Part shown: positions 1-5,437 of the stretch, piece after piece
Layout of the letters: each line of letters begins with the position of its first letter
Position numbering within the stretch: the first letter of the stretch is position 1
Source: Candidatus Nanopusillus sp.
GTDB taxonomy: Archaea > Nanobdellota > Nanobdellia > Nanobdellales > Nanobdellaceae
Direction of reading: 5' to 3'
Assembly: GCA_036845085.1 (NCBI GenBank)
Contig: DAIUEN010000007.1
Coordinates: 1-20,386 of the forward strand
DNA length: 20,386 nt
Notes under the pieces: model-generated
Seen by the model: only the letters and a program-made list of their open reading frames with translations
Databases searched by the model: none
What the model was told of the DNA's origin: nothing
Position numbers and translations under genes: made by a program

Positions 1-455
1 ATTATAGAATTATTTGGATTAACACTATATTCTAAGCTAGAAATATTTATATAAGAAAAAATTCCAAATTTATTCACAAATATTCCATTTTTACTATTAT
101 TTAATATTCCATCATAATCAGTTACATAAGATAAGTTTATTGGATAGAATATTGGAAAATTATAGCAAAAATCATTAGAAAGATTATTCTTGTCTAATAA
201 ACTCAATATAATAGGATCTTTGCATTGATAATACATAGTATATGGAATTGTTATATTAAAGGAAATTATATAATAATCTTTAGTGATCTTGTTAAAGATA
301 TCATCTAAAAAATTATCATAATTATATATTTCATTTGTTTTATATTGTTTGGAAAATATAGTTAGGTCATAAAGATGTAGATAAAAAGTAATAAATGATA
401 TAAATATAACTAATGCAAGTATACCCTCTACTTCCTTTATTACTGCTTTAACCAT
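1..455 (-). CDS. hypothetical membrane-anchored protein, N-terminal part (gene runs off the left edge)
   Basis: Absent from the ORF track because it is truncated. The reverse strand is stop-free from ATG (455-453) to position 1, about 151 codons: MVKAVIKEVEGILALVIFISFITFYLHLYDL... It has one N-terminal hydrophobic helix followed by an Asn/Tyr-rich region. The ATG lies 16 nt inside the 3' end of the upstream ATPase gene (ATGGTTAAAGCAGTAA). Confidence 0.5.
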   Translation of the reverse strand, partial: MVKAVIKEVEGILALVIFISFITFYLHLYDLTIFSKQYKTNEIYNYDNFLDDIFNKITKDYYIISFNITIPYTMYYQCKDPIILSLLDKNNLSNDFCYNFPIFYPINLSYVTDYDGILNNSKNGIFVNKFGIFSYINISSLEYSVNPNNSI

Positions 456-1738
456 AATCTTTTTCTTATTAATGAAGGATCTTGTCCGCCGTGCCAAGAA
501 AATCTTGGTTTCATCTGAACAGGATAAATCCTTTCTGATTTGTCATCTAATATTAAAGCAGATCCTTTTCTCTTTGGTAAATTTTCGCTCATGAATACTT
601 CTATATCTTGAGAAGTAAAATTTTTCATAATCTCATTAAGAGATTTTAAGTCTCTTTCTGCAGTTACTCTATGTGATATAACTATATCAGATTGCGTTAT
701 TACATCCGTATGCATTTTTCCTGGTTGTTGGGTAGCAAGTACTAGGGTTATACCGGGTTGTCTACCTTCTCTTATTATCTGTATTAATGGTTCTGTTGCC
801 GGAGTTACAGAATCATTTGGTAAAGCTTCATGTGCTTCGTCTATAGCAATCCACACTAAAGGAAATTCTCTAGCATCCAACTCTTTAGATATATATATTT
901 CATCAAGTTCTTCTTTTTTTCTAAATAATAATCTTTCATAAAATAACTTTTTTGAGACTAAACCTATAACAAGATTTTTTATAGACCATCCTCCAGTTAT
1001 TGCCGTATATAGTGATATATCTAAGATATTTATATATCCTGGTTTAGTCAATTTCTTTATATTTTCAGATTTTTCAGAGAAAAGTCCCCAAGTTTCTGCA
1101 GCTTCAAAGTAAGTAATTATTTTGCTCTTTATTTTTGGATCTATAGATAATTTTTCTGTATAAGAAATAATGTCCTGTATTGAATATCCATTGTTGTTTT
1201 TTTGCATATTTCCAATTATTTTTTGTATATATACAGCTGTTATAGATTGAGGATTTAAATTAAAAGAAAGAACCCACTCAATACCTGATAAATCTGAAGG
1301 ATTTAGAGTAAATTCTCCATCTATAGGTAATCTGATTTGTCTATATTTTTCTACTATTCCTTTAGGTACTAATATTCTACAGTTTTCTACAGATTTTGGT
1401 TTTAATCCCCACCTTTCGAGTAATTCAGCTTCTCTATAGTTAGGAAATTTCATGGTCCAAAAAATACCCATAGTGTCAAATATAAGTGCTGAAAAATTAT
1501 ATAGAAGATCTTTTGGTAATTCTGATAGACTTTCCATAATAGATGCCAATGTATATGATTTCCCTTGTCCTCTTTTACCAGCAATTAATATTAGATGTGG
1601 AAAGTTTACATCTAAATAAACTTTATTAGCTAAGGATAAAGCATTTTCCATTTTTATGTATTCTTTACCGATAAAAATGGAACCATTTAGACCATATTTC
1701 TCTAAGTCATCTAAAGTTCTTCCTATAACAATATCCAT
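440..1738 (-). CDS. HerA/FtsK-superfamily P-loop ATPase (DUF87-like)
   Basis: 432 aa ORF. Walker A is GKRGQGKSYT at about residue 54 and Walker B is VWIAIDEAHEA. LVLATQQPGK and the C-terminal RFSWHGG are typical of archaeal HerA-like/DUF87 ATPases. The N-terminus is short, with no long HAS-barrel region. Confidence 0.7.
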   Translation of the reverse strand: MDIVIGRTLDDLEKYGLNGSIFIGKEYIKMENALSLANKVYLDVNFPHLILIAGKRGQGKSYTLASIMESLSELPKDLLYNFSALIFDTMGIFWTMKFPNYREAELLERWGLKPKSVENCRILVPKGIVEKYRQIRLPIDGEFTLNPSDLSGIEWVLSFNLNPQSITAVYIQKIIGNMQKNNNGYSIQDIISYTEKLSIDPKIKSKIITYFEAAETWGLFSEKSENIKKLTKPGYINILDISLYTAITGGWSIKNLVIGLVSKKLFYERLLFRKKEELDEIYISKELDAREFPLVWIAIDEAHEALPNDSVTPATEPLIQIIREGRQPGITLVLATQQPGKMHTDVITQSDIVISHRVTAERDLKSLNEIMKNFTSQDIEVFMSENLPKRKGSALILDDKSERIYPVQMKPRFSWHGGQDPSLIRKRLWLKQ

Positions 1739-1790
1739 AAGTTTTATAGAAATTTTTATAATTAATAAATCAATAGTGAGTGATAACTAT

Positions 1791-2387
1791 ATGGTGATTA
1801 TGATTGGAAGATTTCAACCATTCCATAGTGGTCACTTTATAGGTTTAGATAGTATATTGAAAAAATTCAATGCAAGAGAAATAGAAATAATTGTTGTTCA
1901 GAAGATAGGTAATATAGACTTGTACAAAAATCCTATACCTCTAGATCTTAATGTTAAATATTTAAAGGAATGTTTAAGCGAAAAATATGGAAATACCTAT
2001 GATATAAAGGTTTTTGGAGTGTATTATCGAAACTATTTAGATATCTTACTAAAACTAATTAATTTTTTCAGCTATGATAAAAGTAAAAAATATATATTAG
2101 TAACTGCTGATATAAAAAGATTAATTATGTTTAAAATAACTAGTATTCTATATAAATTATTTGGAATAAATCTTAGAATATTTTATTTACCTAGAGTTAC
2201 TAGCGGAACAAAGATAAGGGAAAGTATTAGAAGAGGAGAATTGGATTATTTTAAGTATATCCCCTGTCCTAAAGATGAAATAATATACTACATAAATGCA
2301 CCCGCCGGGATTCGAACCCGGGTCGCGGGCTTGGAAGGCCCGCATCCTACCACTAGACGACGGGTGCATATAACTAAAAAATATTAG
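1791..2387 (+). CDS. nadM: nicotinamide-nucleotide adenylyltransferase (archaeal NadM-type cytidylyltransferase fold)
   Basis: GRFQPFHSGH (the HxGH motif of archaeal NMNAT) lies directly after ATG 1791, and SGTKIRESI (the ISSTxxR-type motif) lies near the C-terminus. The track start at 1656 overlaps the divergent ATPase gene and is unlikely. There is no stop codon before 2385-2387, so the last ~30 codons are antisense to tRNA-Gly. Confidence 0.7.
   Translation: MVIMIGRFQPFHSGHFIGLDSILKKFNAREIEIIVVQKIGNIDLYKNPIPLDLNVKYLKECLSEKYGNTYDIKVFGVYYRNYLDILLKLINFFSYDKSKKYILVTADIKRLIMFKITSILYKLFGINLRIFYLPRVTSGTKIRESIRRGELDYFKYIPCPKDEIIYYINAPAGIRTRVAGLEGPHPTTRRRVHITKKY
2297..2367 (-). tRNA. tRNA-Gly (anticodon UCC), 71 nt, no encoded CCA
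   Basis: Reverse complement: GCACCCG TC GTCT AGTGGTA GGAT G CGGGC CTTCCAA GCCCG CGAC CCGGG TTCGAAT CCCGG CGGGTGC A. The cloverleaf is complete, with a 7-bp acceptor stem, anticodon loop C-U-UCC-A-A and a GTTCGAATC T-loop. It is GC-rich in an AT-rich background. Confidence 0.9.
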
Positions 2388-2455
2388 GTATAATCTTATA
2401 AAAATTTAAAGTTTGAAGCTTAGTAAAGTATTTGTTTAAATTCATTTTATTTCTA

Positions 2456-2527
2456 TGGACCCGCCGGGATTCGAACCCGGGACCTCCGGCGAGCCAGGCC
2501 GACGTCCTACCACTAGACTACGGGCCC
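2456..2527 (-). tRNA. tRNA-Ala (anticodon GGC), 72 nt, no encoded CCA
   Basis: Reverse complement: GGGCCCG TA GTCT AGTGGTA GGAC G TCGGC CTGGCTC GCCGG AGGTC CCGGG TTCGAAT CCCGG CGGGTCC A. The G3:U70 wobble pair, which is the Ala identity element, is present. Anticodon is GGC. Position 37 reads U, which is unusual. Confidence 0.85.
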
Positions 2528-2546
2528 TATTAAATGTCTTATGTAC

Positions 2547-2559
2547 TATATTTTAAAAA
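2547..2559 (-). promoter_or_regulatory. TATA/BRE-like element upstream of tRNA-Ala
   Basis: The minus strand reads TTTTTAAAATATA at -32..-20 relative to tRNA-Ala nucleotide +1. The TATA octamer TTTAAAAT is centred near -26/-27, the canonical archaeal TATA-to-start distance. TATA-like strings are common in this AT-rich DNA. Confidence 0.45.
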
Positions 2560-2885
2560 TTATTATCTATAAACTAAACTATATTATTTTTTCCTTCATT
2601 TATTAAACAAACTTCATATATCTTGTTTCTTTCCAAATGATAATTAATATGTGATACTTTTAATATTATTTGTTCTTTTGGATATATCATAAGTTTATTT
2701 TCTGGTTGTGTAATATAAATGTTCCAAACAAAAATAAGTAAGTTATAGCAGCAATTCTGACTATCATAATAGTTATCAATATTGTAGCAATTATTGGTGA
2801 AATAGATTTTTAGGATTAATCATAATATTGCTATAATACATAAATTTATAAACATATAAATATTATCAATGTTATCATTATCATC

Positions 2886-2937
2886 ATGATGAAGATCGGG
2901 TCTTCTGAATAATGAAGAAAAATAAAAATTAAGCTGA
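2886..2937 (+). ncRNA. candidate box C/D sRNA
   Basis: ATGATGA (C) - 12 nt AGATCGGGTCTT - CTGA (D') - ATA - ATGAAGA (C') - 15 nt AAAATAAAAATTAAG - CTGA (D). It is intergenic and ends 2 nt before the stop of the convergent gene at 2939. A TATA-like ATATAAAT at 2854-2861 is compatible with a start just before box C. Confidence 0.5.
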
Positions 2938-2938
2938 T

Positions 2939-3136
2939 CTAGGCTTTTTGTAGTTTTCCTCCAACTTCTTTTATTTTTCCTTCTTTCTTCAATTTTGATA
3001 CTAATGCTTTTATAACCCTTACTTTAGTCTTAGGCTTTTTAGATTTCACAGCTTTTACTAGTTCTTCTAAAGCCTTTGGAGTTGAGAGAACTTCCAAAAT
3101 AGTTTCCTTCAAAGTTTTTCCCCTTTTCATTGCCAT
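2939..3136 (-). CDS. small lysine-rich basic protein, possible minimal winged-helix nucleic-acid-binding protein
   Basis: 65 aa, about 30% Lys+Arg. The pattern TLKETILEVL..P..LEELVKAV....KVRVIKALVSKLKKEGKIKEVGGKL resembles a helix-turn-helix plus wing. The function is a guess. Confidence 0.45.
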   Translation of the reverse strand: MAMKRGKTLKETILEVLSTPKALEELVKAVKSKKPKTKVRVIKALVSKLKKEGKIKEVGGKLQKA

Positions 3137-3228
3137 ATAATATTATTGAACTTAATATTTTAAAAATTATATAGTATATTTTCTATAGAAATATAGTTTT
3201 TAAGCAGATATTTAATTAAATATATATT

Positions 3229-3966
3229 ATGAATAATATACATTTAAAAAAACTAATAAAGATGAGTGACGTTCTTTTAGAAATATTGGACTCTAGATTT
3301 CCTAATGAATGTAGATTGAAAAATATAGAAAATGAAATAATCAATCGTAATAAAAAGCTTATTTTAGTTCTGAATAAGATAGACCTTGTGGATAAGGATT
3401 TCTTAGGTAGTATATATGAGAAATTTGTTAAGGAACATCCAACTGTATATATATCTGTGAAAACGAGACATGGTAGTAGGAAATTGAGAGAAACTATAAA
3501 AAAAGTTGCAGATATAAATAAAGAAAAGATATATATTGGAGTATTTGGCTTTCCAAATACTGGAAAATCTTCTATAATAAATATATTAGTTGGAGCTAGA
3601 AAAGCTAGAACTTCTCCAGAACCAGGATTTACAAAAGGAATACAATTAATAAAATTATCTAAAAAATTTTATCTAATAGATTCTCCCGGTGTATATTATC
3701 CAAAAAATAAATATTTACTTGCCATTTTGGGCGCAATAAAAGTAAGTGATCTAAGACATCCAGAAAAAGCAGTTATGTATTTATACAAGAAAATAGGTGA
3801 TAAACCATTTGAAGAAGCATATAATATTAAAGTCAATAACATAAAAGAACTATTTTTATCACTAAAGGAAAAATTTAATTATCGGGGGAAAGATTGGATA
3901 AGAAAGATATCTGAAAAAATTTTATATGATTGGCAAAAAGGAAAAATAAAGGGATATTGGATGTGA
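3229..3966 (+). CDS. circularly permuted GTPase (YlqF/RbgA/YawG family ribosome-biogenesis GTPase)
   Basis: G4 (LNKIDL) precedes G1 (GFPNTGKSS) and G3 (DSPG), the permuted motif order diagnostic of this family. The N-terminal DVLLEILDSRFP motif is also present. Confidence 0.75.
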   Translation: MNNIHLKKLIKMSDVLLEILDSRFPNECRLKNIENEIINRNKKLILVLNKIDLVDKDFLGSIYEKFVKEHPTVYISVKTRHGSRKLRETIKKVADINKEKIYIGVFGFPNTGKSSIINILVGARKARTSPEPGFTKGIQLIKLSKKFYLIDSPGVYYPKNKYLLAILGAIKVSDLRHPEKAVMYLYKKIGDKPFEEAYNIKVNNIKELFLSLKEKFNYRGKDWIRKISEKILYDWQKGKIKGYWM

Positions 3967-4058
3967 CCCGCGATATTACCAACCTCATCTTCGGCATATC
4001 CTCATTAATCGGAAGGTACGACAAATATATTAATATTTTCTAGATTTATAAATTTATT

Positions 4059-4107
4059 ATGAAGAGAACGATGTCGGCTGATAAGTGATGAAAAGAGGGT
4101 ATACGGA
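4059..4107 (+). ncRNA. candidate box C/D sRNA with variant terminal boxes
   Basis: ATGAAGA (variant C) - 12 nt GAACGATGTCGG - CTGA (D') - TAA - GTGATGA (C') - 12 nt AAAGAGGGTATA - CGGA (variant D). The spacing is an exact 12/3/12. It is intergenic and ends 9 nt before the stop of the convergent dys gene. An A/T box ATATATTAAT at 4025-4034 sits about 26 nt upstream. Confidence 0.4.
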
Positions 4108-4115
4108 TTAAAAAT

Positions 4116-5057
4116 TTACAAAAAAGGTGCAGATAAAATCGGTAATATTATTGTAATGTCTCCCCAAACGTTTACATGTTTTGCATTTTTTTTAATTTTT
4201 TTCCAAGTAATTGCTTCTTTAGTTTTAGCTCCAGATAAACTTCCGTCTTGTTCTATTGCGGAAGATATATAAATTGCATATTCTAGACCTCCTGAAAATT
4301 GAGCCCACCATATTGCATGATGTTTTGATATTCCTCCCCCCAATATTAAAGCACCTACTTTTTTATCTCCAAAGAATTTAGATACTAAATATTTTTCATC
4401 TTCCCATACTGATACTTCTATATCTGGATAAGAATATTGAACCATAAGTATATTTGTACCTATTGCACCATCTGTAATTCCCGGTACAATAATTGGAATT
4501 TTGTTTTTGTAGCTCCAATATAAAATTGATTCTTCTTTTTTATCAAAATTTTCTAGTCTTTTTCCTATTTCCCATATTAATTCATATGTGCTTATCTTAT
4601 TTCTTTTTTCTTCTTTTAATTTATTGTATATATCCTCCAGTATTGGCTTTAGAGTATTTTCTATTGCAACTCCGTAGTTTTCTTCAGGGATAAATATATT
4701 TCCTAGTCTTAGTATTCTATGGTTTCTTAAGTCTATATCATCAGCTTCAAAATATCCTAAATAATAGTCTTTTGATAATCTAGCAATATCATGATCTAAA
4801 GTACCAGCAGTTGTAAACACTATATCAAATAATTTATTCTTTATGAAGTCTTTTATAATTCCTCTTATTCCTGTGGCTACAATATCTGCTGGAAAGCTTA
4901 AGACTTTTATTACATTTTTATCATTTAACATTTCCTTTAAAATCTCATATGCTCTGTATAGTTCTTGGGCTTGAAATCCACCAATATTTCTAAATTGCTC
5001 TAATAAATCTTTTATGCAAATATTTTTATTTATTTTCAAGTCTTTTACATTTTCCAT
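4116..5057 (-). CDS. dys: deoxyhypusine synthase
   Basis: 313 aa. TTAGTLDHDI, GGGISKHH (contains the catalytic Lys) and the overall DHS layout are present. The enzyme is archaeal/eukaryotic, acting in the aIF5A modification pathway. Confidence 0.85.
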   Translation of the reverse strand: MENVKDLKINKNICIKDLLEQFRNIGGFQAQELYRAYEILKEMLNDKNVIKVLSFPADIVATGIRGIIKDFIKNKLFDIVFTTAGTLDHDIARLSKDYYLGYFEADDIDLRNHRILRLGNIFIPEENYGVAIENTLKPILEDIYNKLKEEKRNKISTYELIWEIGKRLENFDKKEESILYWSYKNKIPIIVPGITDGAIGTNILMVQYSYPDIEVSVWEDEKYLVSKFFGDKKVGALILGGGISKHHAIWWAQFSGGLEYAIYISSAIEQDGSLSGAKTKEAITWKKIKKNAKHVNVWGDITIILPILSAPFL

Positions 5058-5107
5058 ATTCTGAGGTTTATAAATATTCTTATAAAATATTATTATAGTA
5101 TGTTATT

Positions 5108-5437
5108 ATGGATAAAATATCTATAGAAGATCTGAAAAAAATTGAGTTAAGAGTGGCCAAAATTATAGATGTACAGGATCATCCGAATGCAGATAAGTTA
5201 TATGTAATAAAAATAAGTTTAGGTAATGAAGAAAAAACGATAGTCTCAGGTATAAAACCATGGTACAAAAAAGAAGAACTTATTGGTAAAAAAATAATAG
5301 TAGTAAACAATTTACAACCAAAAGTATTTAGAGGAGTAGAGTCTAATGGTATGTTACTAGCGGCAGAAGACGAAAATAATAATTTATCTTTAATTACTGT
5401 AGATAAAGATATAAAAGAAGGTTCTAGAGTTTATTAG
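5108..5437 (+). CDS. free-standing tRNA-binding domain protein (Trbp111/CsaA/EMAP-II-like OB fold)
   Basis: 109 aa. LRVAKIIDVQDHPNADKLYVIKISLG...IVSGI......LIGKKIIVVNNLQPKVFRGVESNGMLLAAED matches the tRNA-binding domain found at the C-terminus of many MetRS enzymes and in Trbp111. Confidence 0.75.
   Translation: MDKISIEDLKKIELRVAKIIDVQDHPNADKLYVIKISLGNEEKTIVSGIKPWYKKEELIGKKIIVVNNLQPKVFRGVESNGMLLAAEDENNNLSLITVDKDIKEGSRVY

Noticed and set aside
1656-1790. A 45-codon N-terminal extension of the nadM ORF in the track (start at 1656).
   Set aside because: It overlaps the 5' end of the divergent ATPase gene. The conserved NMNAT motif GRFQPFHSGH follows directly after ATG 1791, as in known NMNATs, so the extension looks like antisense read-through of the neighbouring gene.
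2187-2369. A 60-aa minus-strand ORF covering tRNA-Gly.
   Set aside because: It is antisense to the nadM 3' end and co-linear with the tRNA. The Gly/Pro/Arg-rich translation simply reflects the GC-rich tRNA, so it is treated as an artefact.
2301-2480. A ~20-nt identical repeat (CCGCCGGGATTCGAACCCGG) at 2302-2321 and 2461-2480.
   Set aside because: It is fully explained by the shared T-arm and acceptor sequences of the two tRNA genes. It is not a mobile-element or CRISPR repeat.
2881-2892. The perfect palindrome TCATCATGATGA gives a C-box on both strands, raising the possibility of a minus-strand C/D sRNA.
   Set aside because: Downstream on the minus strand (2820-2880) there is no CTGA or second box at guide spacing. 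Only the plus-strand reading gives a full C/D'/C'/D layout.
4069-4079. The first guide of the second C/D candidate contains CGATGTCGGCT, which matches, in sense orientation, a universally conserved 23S rRNA domain V segment as I remember it (..CGAUGUCGGCU..).
   Set aside because: A guide must be antisense to its target, and this match is sense. It therefore cannot direct methylation there, and the minus strand lacks C/D boxes. It is probably coincidence, and it rests on memory of the rRNA sequence.
3966-4110. A search for split tRNA halves, as in N. equitans, in the GC-rich intergenic patches here and elsewhere in the window.
   Set aside because: No T-arm (GTTCGAATC/GTTCAAATC-like) or D-arm/acceptor signature occurs outside the two intact tRNAs, and neither patch can be folded into a 5' or 3' tRNA half.
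4493-4693. A 66-aa plus-strand ORF inside dys.
   Set aside because: It is an antisense shadow of the well-supported deoxyhypusine synthase gene, with a low-complexity Phe/Leu-rich translation.
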